From Octopus vulgaris (Eukaryota): a stretch of DNA of 64,000 nt. The DNA lies in the NCBI GenBank assembly GCA_951406725.2, contig OX597822.1:63488001-63552000 (forward strand), in the 5' to 3' direction. Position numbers and translations under genes: made by a program. Position 1 is the stretch's first letter, and the number at the start of each line of letters is the position of its first letter. The notes beneath the pieces were generated by a model. It worked only from the letters and a program-made list of their open reading frames with translations, did no database searches and was not told the DNA's origin. This document shows, piece after piece, positions 1 to 12,638 of the stretch.

Positions 1-2539
1 GATGATGACGTCACTTTGTGAACACCACCACTAGCTGAGGCTTTCTGCCTGTCTATCTCCAGAGGCAATGCACCCACACTAATGGAGCTATGTACACAAC
101 GCACACAGCTAAAGATGGTAGCAGAGAGCAGCACGCTACACCTATCCTGTAAAACTTGTAAATAAGCCATTTGTAAATTGCATTTGTACTTGAAGTCTTC
201 TCTCTTCGCCTGCCAAAAGCCTGCCGAAAGCCTGTACTACACGAAGAACAAAAAGATGATGGAAGGAGACGATATTCTTCCGATATCGTAAACCTTGCCT
301 TCCATTATTAAAGAAGTATTAGGTTGCTCTTTCTATCAGGCTGCATGAATGTGTGGAGGTTCCATTGTTGTTTCAAATATTTGCTGCTTTGAGTATTTCT
401 GAAAATTATTTCGAGTATTTCTTAAAATGCAACAGGAGTGTATTATGCTATGTACTCCAGCATGTTGTCAAAAATAACAAAAGTTTTCAATTTTAATACT
501 GTTCAACCACATCTTAGAATCCTGTATACTTTGATGTTATTCATCTATGAGAAGGATAACCATTTTCATTTGTTTGGGATTCGTTGGCGAATGGACTTGG
601 AAACCATTGGATGCATTTGCTTTCCATGCAAGATTAATTCCTGTTGAGGAAATCATTTTAGCCATGAACAGTTTGGGTTTTAACAACATTGAAGAGCTTA
701 TCTCATTCAGGATGTGGGAGCTCTGCTGATATGAAGGAATATATTTCATTGGACTGAATCTGTTTCATTAACCATAACAAGATATAGCAAGTCCCATTTT
801 TTCTCACCATTTTTGGGCATACATATGACTAACTGGCCAAAATATATAATGTTCTTAAGTGGAAATCCCTGGTTTTGAGATCATACCTGTGACTGCATGT
901 TTCACTTTGAAAAAAATTTTTTTGAATTTCTTTCCATTTAGAGTTACAGGTAAAAGTAATGAAGAGTTGTGAGTGACTGAACAATGAACATATGTCATTA
1001 GATTCTGTAATCACCTATGCAGGTATCAAGTGTGATCATTAAAACTTGAAGGAAGAATGCAAAGCCGACATAATGATGCCAGCCACATCATTATTGATTG
1101 ATTATATAAGAGTATTGCCACAGGTGAGTTTGATTTTGGTTCTGCTGTAACACAATCTCATAGATTACATTTGTCCTCTGCAAAATGGTGGAAAATTGTC
1201 TGATTTTAAGATAAGTGGGTAAATGATCTTGAGTCATAAATAGCTATAGAATTTCATGCGTGAGACAAATTTTGAAGAATTTTATTTAACATGTGCTATT
1301 CCTAAATGAATGGAGCATTATTGATGGGAACACCATTGGAGTGAATCACTCTTAAAAGGAAGACTATATTTGGTTGTGACTGTAATTTGAACTTGACCTA
1401 CAAAATTTTACTTCCATAACGTTGCTATTGATAACAAATATCAGCTACTAAAAATAACCTGACTGATTTTAATTAAAGCAGCTGGTCAAATTTTATAGGT
1501 GCAAGTTCAAATTACTGTCTTGAAATGTAATCTTTCCTTTTATGAGTAGTTTGCTTGAATAAAACTACACGCAGCATAATACAACGAGAAGGTTTCAATG
1601 TAATCCCTCTTACCCACCAGAAATAGCAGCTACATCTTCCTCAGTTCACATCTTACTGCCTTAAATAAGGAAATCTACACTGGATCATAAAGTACTCATC
1701 AATTTTGGAAATGCAAACTTGATAGAAGTGAGATGGCCCTTCCCTCTGGTACCTATTTACAGCTAGTTGAACTGTGCTATTGGATTTTATACAGCAGAGA
1801 AAGAAGAATACAGCTTTTAAGAAATCTACAGTATGTACAGCTGCTGCTGCTGATGTTTAACCCTAGGTCATCCCTGAGTGAGCAGAACTATAATCAAAGT
1901 CATTCCAGAGTTGACCACCATGATCTTTGAGTGTGAGGGATGGGGGTGGGGGAGTGTTTATCTAGGACATACACTGTCTGCTAATGTGATCTTTATTTTT
2001 AAAGAATTAGGCTGCTATTTCTATCAGGCTGCATGAATGTGTGGAGGTTCCATTGTTGTTTCAAGTATTTGCTGCTTCGAGTATTTCTTAAAATGCAACA
2101 GGAGTGAACTATGTTGTGTACTCCAGCATGTTGTCAAAAATATCAAAAAAAACTACACAGTGCTGGTGATAAGATTTGAACTACCAATCACACAATATCT
2201 TGTCTGATACATTACCAATTTAGTTACCATTTAGCTTTTAGAGTGAAGCTGGCAGACCCCATGTGTTCTCCAAACTACCATAGATAGCTAAAGACAAATG
2301 CAGGTATATCAAATACCATACAATATATAATACATTTTTGATTTATTAAAATTATCGCTGCCTCTTAAGAATGTGTCATAATTACCATTGAAGAAAAGGA
2401 CAAGCTTATTGTTTGAAGGAGATAGTCATGGACACATGTTCCTGACTCAATAGCCATCATCAGCACAGCAGTTGTCCAACTTTATCTCCAGCAGTCAAGG
2501 GATTAAGACTTATACAAAAAAGAGTAGAATACATTTAAA

Positions 2540-2885
2540 AAGGGTAAAGACTCCTTCAGTCATGAATGACCATGTGATTGCACTGAGAAAGTTCCCTTCT
2601 GAGGCACAAGTCTGGACAAGGTTGTTTATGGAAGACCAGCAGTTGCCCATGCATACCAGCTTCATCTCTCCACACCACTGATGTTATCCAAGGGAAAGGC
2701 AAAGGGGTTGATACAGCTTGGCACCTGTGACACTGCAACTCATTTCTACAGCTGAGTGAACTGGAGCAAAGTGAAATGAAGTGTCTTGCTCAAGAACACA
2801 ACACATTGACCAGTCCAGGAATGGAACTCACTACCTCATGACTGTAAGCCCAACATTCTAACCACTGAGCCATGCACCTTCACAG
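2540..2885 (-). mobile_element. tRNA-headed SINE (family C-type head plus CORE-like segment, distinct tail)
   Basis: Minus strand reads tgtgaaggtgcatggctcagtggttag (A box) ... gagttccattcc (B box), then gtgttcttgagcaagacacttcatttcac, shared with the copy at 49855-50115. The 3' half differs from that copy. Confidence 0.75.
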
Positions 2886-2990
2886 AACACATTTATAGCC
2901 TAAGGAATGGAACTCACTACCTCATGACTGTAAGCCCAACATTCTAACCACTGAGCCATGCACCTTCACAGAACACATTTATAGCCTAAG
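2817..2990. repeat. Tandem duplication, 2 x 86 bp, of SINE tRNA head plus flank
   Basis: aggaatggaactcactacc...atagcctaa starts at 2817 and again at 2903, essentially identical. Confidence 0.9.
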
Positions 2991-3387
2991 TAATTTGCAT
3001 AATTCAGACAGAAACAGGCTGAGAAATATCTCAGAGTGGGCAGAAACAATGATCAACCAGCACAGAGCTACCACAAAGCATAGTAGTGGCTTGTTCCTAA
3101 TTCTAGAATAGCTAGCTGTGACTAGTTGAATGGGCTGTTTGGGAAGCATTTCAATACTGCTGGTGATAAGATACAAGCTACGAACCTCTCAGCTGCTCGT
3201 CCAGTATTTCGTTACTTTAGTTTGAAGGATTCTTTATCTAAATGATATTGCTTGCTTATTAAGTCCTGAGAATACTTCAGACTTCAATGTTTTATTGTTT
3301 ACTTGCTTCAGTCATTGGACGGCAGTTATTCTGGGACACTGCCTTGAAGGGTTTAGTTGAATAAATCAGACCCAGTACTCTCTTTAA

Positions 3388-3795
3388 CTCTTTTACTTGT
3401 TTCAGTCATTTGACTGCGGCCATGCTGGAGCACCGCCTTTATTCAAGCAAATCGACCCCGGGACTTATTCTTTGTAAGCCTAGTACTTATTCCATCGGTC
3501 TCTTTTATTGAACCACTAAGTTATGGGGATGTAAACACACCAGTATTGGTTGTCAAGCAATTTTGGGGTGATAAATACAGACACACAAACATATGCACAC
3601 ACATATGTATATATATATATACATATATACGACGGGCTTCTTTCAGTTTCTGTCTACCAAATCCACTCACAAGGCTTTGGTCAGAGCAAGGCCGTAGTAG
3701 AAGACACTTGCCCAAGGTGCCACGTGGTGGGACTGAACCCAGAACCATGTGTTTGGTAAGCAAGCTACTTACCACACAGCCACTCCTGTGTCTAT
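3388..3795 (-). mobile_element. SINE family A (tRNA head, CORE-like ccttgggcaagt, internal TA/TG microsatellite, gtaaaagag tail)
   Basis: Full reverse-complement match to the + copies at 33545-33930 and 59441-59815. Confidence 0.9.
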
Positions 3796-3944
3796 AGGTG
3801 CAGTGGTGTCACTGGAAGACTAACAGTATTTTTTTTTTCACAGTCTGATTCTTATTCTGTCAATCTCTGTTGCTGCACCACTAAGTTAAGGGCACATAAA
3901 CAAATCAACAGTGATGGTCAAGCAGTGGGCAGGGACACAAACAC

Positions 3945-4990
3945 ATCATCATCATCATTGTCATCATTATCATTATCATCATTTAATGTCTGTTTCCATG
4001 CTAGCATGGGTTGGATGGTTTGATACGAGCAGGCAAGCTGAAGAGCTGCCCAGTCTCCATGTCAGTTTTGGCATGGTTTCTACAGCTGGATGTCCTTCCT
4101 AATGTCAACCACTTTACAGAGTATACTGGCTGCTTTTACACAACACCAATATGGGTGCATTTACGTGGTACCAGTACAGGTGCTTTTTACATGGTACCAG
4201 CACCTACAAGCCCGCAAAATTAAGAATGCTCAGCTGAAGAAGGATGCTGGGGATGAGCCTGTATGCAAGGACAACCACATTTTTACTTACCTTGACATGT
4301 CTTTTCATGCACAGCAAACCGCTAGAAGTCTCGGTCTCCTGTCATCACCTCTGTGAGTCCCAGTGTCTGTAAATCCCTTCTCATCCCTTTGTCCCATGTC
4401 TTCCTGGGTCTACCCCTTCCACATGTTCCTTCCACAATTAGAGATTGGCACCTCTTGATGCAACTGTCTTCATTCCTATGCATTACATGGCCATACCAGC
4501 ACAGTCTCCTCTCTTGCACACTACATCTGATGCTATATATACCAGTTTTTCTCTCAAACCACTTACACTCTGTTGCATATGCACGCTGACATTACCCATC
4601 CAGCAGAGAATACTGGCTTTGTTTCTTTCAAGCCTTCATATATCCTCAGTAATCACAGCCCACGTCTCACTACCATGTAGCATAGCTGTCCGCATACAGG
4701 TATCATATAATCTGCCTTTCACTCCGAGGGAGAGGCTCTTCGTTACTAACAGATTTAGTAGCTCTCTGAACTTTGCCAGGTCTATTCTTATTCTACCAGC
4801 TATGCGTTCAGAACAACCTCTCCCGTTACTAACTTGGTCACCTAAGTAACGGAAACTGTCTACTACTTCTGAGGATCCACCCCTGATATTTGTGGGAGTC
4901 TATTTTCTGTATATTCTTGGTGTTTAATGTATCTGCACATCTGCCTCATGTAAAGACCATTTTCTCTGTTAGTCTTCCAGTGACACCACT
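3945..4990 (-). mobile_element. 5'-truncated RTE-clade LINE fragment (RT C-terminus, 3' UTR, (GAT)n tail)
   Basis: ORF 4322-4519(-) MQERRLCWYGHVMHRNEDSCIKRCQSLIVEGTCGRGRPRKTW carries the typical RTE R-L-x-W-x-G-H-V ... GRPRKTW signature. The (CAT)n tract at 3945-3982 is the tail. Confidence 0.9.
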
Positions 4991-6199
4991 GCACCTACAC
5001 ACACACACACACATGCTCACAAATCAATCAGTACCACATAAAATGCACTCATGCCAGTGTTGCATGAACACACCTATACTAATGGCATGTAAAATCGGTA
5101 CCCAGTACACTCTGCAAAGTGGTTGGCATTAAGAAGGGCATCCAGTCATAGAAACCATGCCACAACAGACAGTTGGAGCCTGGAAGGTTCCCCAGCTGGC
5201 CAGCTTCATGTCAAACCATCCAACCATGCCAGCATGGAAAATGGACACAGTTTTCATCTACCATATTCACTCACAAGGAATTAGTCCAGGGGTATAACAG
5301 AAAACCTTCTCAAGGTGCCATGCAGTAGGACTGAACCGAAAACCTTGTGGTTGGAGAGCCATGTGATTGAGGATGCAACTATGTCGGGATCTAGAGCTGA
5401 ATTCCATTTCAGGCATTCCATTACGTTCCTCAGCAGAACATTTTATCCCTTGCTACCTCAATTCACATAGCTAATGGAAGCACATACCAGATCATCTGGA
5501 AATGTTATCTGCCATAAACTAAGTTGTCTATCTCTCAGCCACTTCATGTCAGGAAGCCAGAATTAGGGACCAGCTCTTAAAAAAAAACTCATGGATGAGA
5601 TTTAAGTAGATATCTGCTTGCTAAACTTAACTTGACACAACATCTTTTCCTCCTTCATATCACATCTGCTCACCAATCCCTAAAAAAAACAAAAAAAAAA
5701 AAAACAGGGGTCTCAAGAGGTATCTGCTTCATGCTCATATGAAAACAAAACTAAGCACCACTCCTCGAGGTTCCCCTCCCTCGACAGAGTTTTTGGAGTC
5801 ATGGTACTTTTCACTTTTAACCACTTAATTCACTTCCCATCAAATTCACAAACATGTCTTCTTTTTGCCACTTCCAGTAACTACCACCACCAACAACAAC
5901 AACAATGCCACTACTACTATTTCAGTTTATGCTTCATTGAACTTGATAACTCTGTAACCTAGCCACCATGTAAAACTTTCTAGATGTAATCATGTTTCTC
6001 TCCACCAACTCACAGACACTGTGTCTTGAAATTCCCAGACCCATCATGTACTGAAACTTTCTGGTCTAGCTTAAAAATGAGAGAACCTCTATATGGTCGC
6101 CTTCCTGCTAGAAATAGCAGTCAAGTCTTCAAATCACACCTTACCAACTGAAACAGTGTTCTTTGTACATTAATTCTAAAAAATAAAAGATATTGAAGC

Positions 6200-6580
6200 A
6201 AGCATGGCTGTGTAGAGAAGAAACTTTCTTTGGCATCTTGCATAGCATCTTGGGCATGTGACTTCCACTATAGTCCCAGCCTGACTAAAGCCTTGTGAGT
6301 GGATTTGATAGATGGAAACTGAAAGAAGCTTGTTGCATGTGTGTGTTTGTACTTCCTTGTCTTGACACTGTATGGTAGTTGTAAATGTAGGTCACTGTCA
6401 TATAAGTGATGTGATTTGTTTGCAAATCTTCCATGAAAACATAACATTTCAGGGTGAAATATTTCCTTGTTTGGAAAATCAGTGAGGGTTGGTAACAGGA
6501 AGGGCATCTACTAGAAAAATTTGTCTCAAAGAATTCCAACTGACCCATGCAAACATGGAAAAGTGGATGTTAAAAACAAA
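6200..6580 (+). mobile_element. Chimeric SINE: family A head/core with RTE-type 3' tail
   Basis: ttgtgagtggatttgatagatggaaactgaaagaagc is followed by gggttggtaacaggaagggcatc...acccatgcaaacatggaaaagtggatgttaaa. A similar copy lies at 11975-12320. Confidence 0.7.
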
Positions 6581-6869
6581 GGAGGAGGAGCAGAAAGAAA
6601 TTATAAAGTTCTGCATTATATTTGTACAACACTTACCCAACACTTCCATACACTATTCATATCAGATATGTGACCGAAGACTTCTGAATCCTAATACAGG
6701 GCAAAGGCCTAACATTACATAAAACTATGCTACACTACTCTATAATCTATCCATATATCTTTCCCACCCTCTATTCTTGAAAGGGTTGTTAGGGTAGAGT
6801 TCTCAGGTACCTCATCAGGGCTGGTTTGGGCATGGTCAAGCAACAACTACTACAACAACAATAATTATA

Positions 6870-7312
6870 TTAAGTTCTAATTTTGGCACAAAACTAGTAA
6901 TTTTAATGAGAGATGGTTAGTTGATTATATTGGCCCCAGTACTCGGCTGGTACTACATTTTATTGACCCCACAGAGATGAAAATCAATGTTGACCGTGGC
7001 AGGATTTGACCTCAAAATGTAAAGAGTCAGAACAAACACTGCAAAGCAGGTTTTCTGATGGTTCTCTTGACTTCTACCCTAATAATAATAATAATAATAA
7101 TCCTTTTTAACTATAGGCATAAAGCCTGAAATTTTGGGGGAAGGGTAAGTTGATTACATCGACCCCAATGCATAACTGGTACTTATTTCACTGACCCTAA
7201 AAGGGTGAAAGGCAAAGTTGACCTCAGAAGAATTTGAACTCAGAATGCAAGGACAGACGAAATGCTGTTAAGCATTTTTCTTGGCATGCTAACGATCTTG
7301 CCAGCTCACTGC
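6870..7312 (-). mobile_element. Two tandem family B SINEs separated by (TAA)n
   Basis: Both carry ggtactt...gaccc...gaaaggcaaagttgacctc...gaatttgaactcagaa. The head gcagtgagctggcaag lies at about 7312. Confidence 0.8.
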
Positions 7313-7313
7313 C

Positions 7314-7354
<41 letters not shown>

Positions 7355-7926
7355 TAAAAATAATACTATTAACTCTACAAAACTGATGAAACTAATAACC
7401 GCCAAAACTACCGACCAATAACATGTCTTACAAGCATGTACAAAGTATGAACATCCATCATTACTGAATACATATATACCTTTCTGATGGATAACAAGAT
7501 ATTCCTCAATGAATAAAAATGGCTGTAAACGTGGCTTGTATGAATATAAAGACTAGCATTTAATCAATAAAATGATTCTAAAGGACTGCCATAAACGACA
7601 AAAAAAAAAAAAATCTTTACATTGCATGGATTGATTACAAAAAAGCTGAATTGAGAAATGTTTGGGAGTCTACAATAATTCTCTGGTTATTGATAATTTT
7701 CTCTCAAATAGTATGAAGCTTTGGGAGAAAATTCCAACACAGAATTCAGAGGAAAGAATATTGCCATAGAGTCAGAGCTATCCTGAAAAGTGAACTTGAT
7801 GAGAGAAGCTGAATTGATGCCATCAGTATCTTGGCTATACACGTTGTGATCTACAGATTTAATATCATAAAATGGTCCATGAATGAGATCAGTAAAACTG
7901 ACCCCAAAATATGCAAGTTTTCCATA

Positions 7927-8424
7927 CCGTAAATCCTCGAGTATAATCCACATTTTTTTCCCAAAATTTAATGGTCAAAATCCCTAGTGTGTACGATATA
8001 CGAGGTTAAAAATGAAAATTATTTTCTAAGCAATGTCTGAGTCTCTATTTGCTGCCTGGCAATGTTTATTCAGATGCATTTTGTGATATCGGGCGCAAAA
8101 ATACCTTAAGCTAAGCCTGAAAGCAATGAAGTCATAAAAGATGCAGTAAGCAACATTTATTAAACGTTATTACTGTTATTTCTTTATTTTCTGCAAACAA
8201 AATGCACAAAAAAGCTACACATTTGCATTATGTTATATATACAATAATAATAAAGGACGTTACCATATACATTTTTACAAACCAAGGACGTTTATAGACC
8301 TCCTTGATTCAAGTTAGAGAAGGGGTGCGTATTATACACAAGGTTTAGGTTTTTCAGAGGTACAGCCTCCTAAAAATCCCCTGCATATTATACTCAAGGG
8401 TGGACTATACTCGAGGATTTACGG
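7927..8424. mobile_element. Tc1/mariner-pogo-type MITE, TA target duplication
   Basis: TA|ccgtaaatcctcgagtata ... tatactcgaggatttacgg|TA. It interrupts the Dong coding sequence. Confidence 0.9.
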
Positions 8425-8721
8425 TATGTATCACCTAAAGGTAGATGTAGACAGACTATACATCCCACAAAAGGATGGTGAATGTGAACTGATGCAGCTG
8501 CAACTGTCTCTAAAAACAGCAACCATAGGGTCAGACACCTATCTAAAGAACACCAATGACGTGATGCTTAAAACTGTCTGTAAAAAAAAAAGCACGAGGT
8601 GCATCTAGATGGAACAGAACTCATCCACTGTGAAAGCAAAATAAATAGAATTCCGAGTCAAATTAAATGTAATCTCTGAGCAAGTCAGTTTATATCTTCT
8701 GCCTTACCTGTTTGTCTGTTT

Positions 8722-8809
8722 AAAATCACCTGACGAAGGTAGGTTTTTACCATGATGTAATCTAAGAATGTATCAATAAAATGGTGCTGAAACAGCTGTT
8801 GTTAATTTT
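8722..8809 (+). ncRNA. Type I hammerhead-like motif in a Penelope-like insert (about 8590-8860)
   Basis: aaaatcac-CTGACGA-a-ggta...tgct-GAAA-cagctg-TT-gttaatttt. Stem III (acagctgt) is palindromic and stem I is imperfect. Confidence 0.55.
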
Positions 8810-9718
8810 GAATCCATTTGTGTTCTTCTTTTATACATACACATTACATAATATATACCCTACAAGGCCTGGCAATCCTGTTGTTGATACAAATATGACC
8901 CATAAATAGTTGGTTGCATCTGGACTGAAATTGGAAACAGCAAGCTTCATTATAGCAGCTCAGGGTGAGTGTCTGCTCATAAGAAATTACCAAGTTAACA
9001 TTCTTAAAAATGATGTTGATCCTACCTGATACTTATAAGGCAAAACCAGAGAAACAATTGACAACTTCATCTTCGCCTAATTGACCACTTCATCTTCGTT
9101 AGCCTCAAATGATAGTACTAATTGTCATAGTAGACTCAGTATTTGCACTAAATCATATGCTGTCAGTTTGGACTTATATAAGAGAAGAAAAGGTGGGAAT
9201 ATAACCCTTCAAATTAATAGAAAAAAGAGATATCATTGTTCTTTGGAACTTTGGTACTTACATAGATCAAGCTTTTCAGGCCAATAGGCCAGATATTGAG
9301 GTGAAAACTCACACTGATAAAATGTGTGCTCATAGATAGTGAATCCAATCAGAAGACAAATTCTGTAAAAACATCTGAAAAATTAAATACAAGGACCTTG
9401 AAATAGAGGTGTCAAAAATGTGATGGCAAAGAATGACAACTGTACCTGTGATCTCCAGAGCTTTAAGGATACGTATGAAATGGCATTCTTAAATACTATA
9501 GTCAAATACCAGGAAACCTAAAATTATCAGAGTCTCAAAAGATCATTCTTATTGGTACAGCCCAAATCATAAAAAAAACAGACAACCTTTTAAATTCTTC
9601 CAAAATCACAAATATTACAAGTTTTTGACAACATTATCAGTATTTGAGCTCCTTGCTCTGAAATATATCATTGCAACTTGTAAACAACATCCACAGTAAA
9701 ACATCCAACTTCTTGTTA

Positions 9719-10482
9719 CTGTAAATCCTCGAGTATAATCCGCATTTTTTCCCAAAATTTAAAGGTCAAAATCCCTAGTGCGTACTATATACAAGGTTAA
9801 AAGTGAAAAATATCTCTAAGCAATGTCCGAGTCTCTATTTGCTGTCCAGCAATGTTTATTCAGACGCATTTTGTGATGTCGAGCGCGAAAATACCTTAAG
9901 CTAAGCCTGAAAGCAATGAAGTCATAAAAGAATCATCCATAACTTGCAGTAAGCAACATTTATTAAAATAAAAGTATTCAGAACACAGAATAACATGTAA
10001 CAAAAACAGTTTATAAACATATTTACATTCCCATATAACAGTTAAGAACATCACCATTATTGTATTACGCATGTGCGAAAGTGTTTGTTCGACTAGGTGC
10101 TGCTGACTTAATTACGCACGACTCAAGGTAGAGAAGTGGTGCGTATTATATATTTCTTTACTACCCACAAGGGCTAAATACAGAGGGGTCAAGCAAGGAC
10201 AGACAAACGGATTAAGTCGATTACATCGACCTCAGTGTGTAACTGGTACTTAATTTATCGACCCCGAAAGGATGAAAGGCAAAGTCGACCTCGGCGGAAT
10301 TTGAACCCAGAACGGCAGACGAAATACGGCTACGCATTTCGCCCGGCGTGCTAACGTTTCTGCCAGCTCGCCGCCTTAAGTGGTGTGTATTATACTCATG
10401 GTTTAGGTTTTTCAGAGGTACAGCTCCCTAAAAATCCCCTGCGTATTATACTCAAGGGTGGCCTATACTTGAGGATTTACGG
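9719..10482. mobile_element. Second copy of the TA-TSD MITE, containing a SINE
   Basis: TA|ctgtaaatcctcgagtata ... tatacttgaggatttacgg|TA. Internal sequence is shared with 7927-8424. Confidence 0.9.
10151..10377 (-). mobile_element. Full-length SINE family B with 17-bp TSD
   Basis: Head aaggcggcgagctggcagaaacgttagc, central gcctttcatcctttcggggtcgataaattaagtaccag, tail gggtagtaaagaaata. TSD aagtggtgYgtattata at 10134-10150 and 10378-10394. Confidence 0.92.
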
Positions 10483-11104
10483 TACTTGAGGTTTCTGAGT
10501 AAGATTTAGAGCAGCTTGTATACAACAAAAGTATAATGATAATAATGAGTTATCATATTTTATTTAATAATAATTTCTAACTACAACAATTTCTTGTTCA
10601 ATTCTTCGTCTTCAGAAATAACATTTCTCTCTAGAATTCCATTCTTCTCTCAAGTAATTGCCAACAGTTCAAAATCAACATTTACCCATCTGAGTTTATC
10701 CAGATCTTTTGATTCCCCAAAAGTAACTGGAACTGTAGCTTAAAAAATGTCATGAACTCCACCCATCCCTGTTCAGAGTTCCTATCAGAGGGTGATGGTG
10801 GTGAAGAAGAGGAAGAAGAAGGCGGTGGCAGTATGTCGGTAGAAAGAGCATGTGGAAGTTGTTATTCTTTTTTTACCTCTCTTGAATTTTGAGTACACAT
10901 CATATACTGATTGACTTTACATTGTCCCCTTATATCAAAAAGAGTTAGGGAAATAGTACACCAAGAAATGAATAGTGGTGCTTGGCATACAAATCTGTAA
11001 AAATAAAACCATGGAGGTTAATTACTTAATGATGCCATCTGTATGAAAAAACAATAGTTAAGTTATTGTCACCTTATTCAATGTAATGAGCATTAAAAAC
11101 TTGA

Positions 11105-11209
11105 TTAGAAATAATTATGGAGTTCATCATCATCATCATCGTTTAACGTCTGTTTTCCATGCTGACGTTAAACGATGATGATGATCATGAACTCCATAAT
11201 TATTTCTAA
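11105..11209. repeat. 46-bp inverted repeat (1 mismatch) with 13-nt loop
   Basis: Arm 11105-11150 is the reverse complement of 11164-11209 except for one C/G. Confidence 0.95.
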
Positions 11210-12638
11210 GACAATATTTATTTCAAAGGTGAATATTATTCTAATAGTTTTTCAAGTAAGGGAGACAACTCTGAACATGTTTTGGTCCTACTAGACTTTC
11301 TCAGCAAAGTGTAGACCTCACCATAGTTTTCATTTTGTTTGTTTTTCTATGGTAGCATGGGTTAGAGGAATACATATTATTGGGGCATTGCTTAACAAAT
11401 AGATACCCTCTTCCAATAATTAATTCTCATCTGCTTTTCAAGCAAAAGAAATTTTCATTCCACTTGTGTTTGAAAGCTCAGAACTATTGTACAATCTGAT
11501 GGCCAGGTAATATTGACAAATGACAACCTCCATAGTTCAGCTCGGCACAGAAGGTAAACATCCACACATACACACAAAGTCTGTATGCAATGAGTCAAAA
11601 AACAAATACTGTAAGGTAAACTAGTTCAACATTCTTACAGTTATGCCAATCTATCATTCTGGATCAGTACTTTTTGTTAATGATCTCATTAGAATAAAAA
11701 GTAAAGTTGACCTTTGTGAGATTTCAACTCACAATACTGTGAGGCAGTCTATATGATGCTCCAACAACTCTGCTGATTTGTTACCTCTGGTTTCAACACT
11801 ATTACAGTAACTGCTACAGTCAAAAGTATTGCTCTGCACTTGTTTGCACAAGACCAGTAAAGCTAACGGGGTATTCTGACATTTGGGCAAGCAAGGGTTT
11901 CCATAGCCCAAGCACAGGTATGCATCCAGGGAATCTCATTTCAGTAGTAGATTTTTTAATTGATATGTTAATTGGCACAGGTATGGCTGTGCCAATTTCC
12001 TTCCCAACCATATGGTTTCAGGTTCAGTTCCAATGTGTGGCACCTTGAGGAAGTGTTTTCTACTATATCTTCATGTATGCATACATGCATGTATGTATAT
12101 GTATGTGAATGTGTATATGTGTGTTTGTATCTCCTGTCTTGATATCACTTGATCATAGAAAGTATCTGCCATATCCAATATGTTGCTGAAATATACCTCA
12201 ATCTCATCATGGGGAAATTTTATCTTGGCAGGAAGGGCATCTGGTCATAGAAAACTTGCCTCAATAAACTCCATCTGATCTATGCAAGCAAGAACAAGTA
12301 GACATCAAATGATGATGTTAAGTCATAATGTAGCTGAATGAACTTCTAAAATTAATTTTATTGACTTTCTCAGGATAACGTAGATTAAAATTCATTAGTA
12401 AGGTGGAGTTAATAGTAAATTTATAATTGATATGTATAACTGAATGAGATTTTGTAAGGTGTACATATCACCCATCACTCTTGTTGTGTAGATAAGTCAT
12501 AACAGAGTAGAGATAATGGAGATTGCTTTAGTAACAGTAAGGAAGCAGTGACATAGCTAATAGGGATTCATAAGGAGCAACTGCTCCTACCAAGCACATT
12601 TTTTAAAAATTGGTACCTTTTCAACAATTTTTAAAATT

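Larger units (their letters stand above)
7370..10545 (+). mobile_element. Decayed, internally deleted R4/Dong-clade non-LTR retrotransposon (RT plus restriction-like endonuclease), with nested insertions
   Basis: Conceptual translation gives NYRPITCLTSMYK, INKMILKDC..NLYIAWIDYKKA (7400-7650), DVDRLYIPQKDG..LMQL (8426-), SGLKLETASFIIAAQ..RNY (8920-), ANRPDI (9280), KYKDLEIEVSKM (9385) and QKIILIGTAQI (9535), with many stops and frameshifts. (TAA)n lies at 7315-7365 and taatgataataat at about 10535. Confidence 0.88.

Noticed and set aside
3521-3797. Recurrent ORFs such as RRHLPKVPRGGTEPRTM and GFFQFPSTKSTHKALVGPRL
   Set aside because: Conceptual translations of non-coding SINE family A, repeated at every copy.
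10580-10900. Protein-like minus-strand text (LPHALSTDILPPPSSSS..., TVPVTFGESKDLDKLRW)
   Set aside because: Broken by stops and frameshifts, no recognisable domain or clean splice sites. It could be a decayed ORF but is unsupported.
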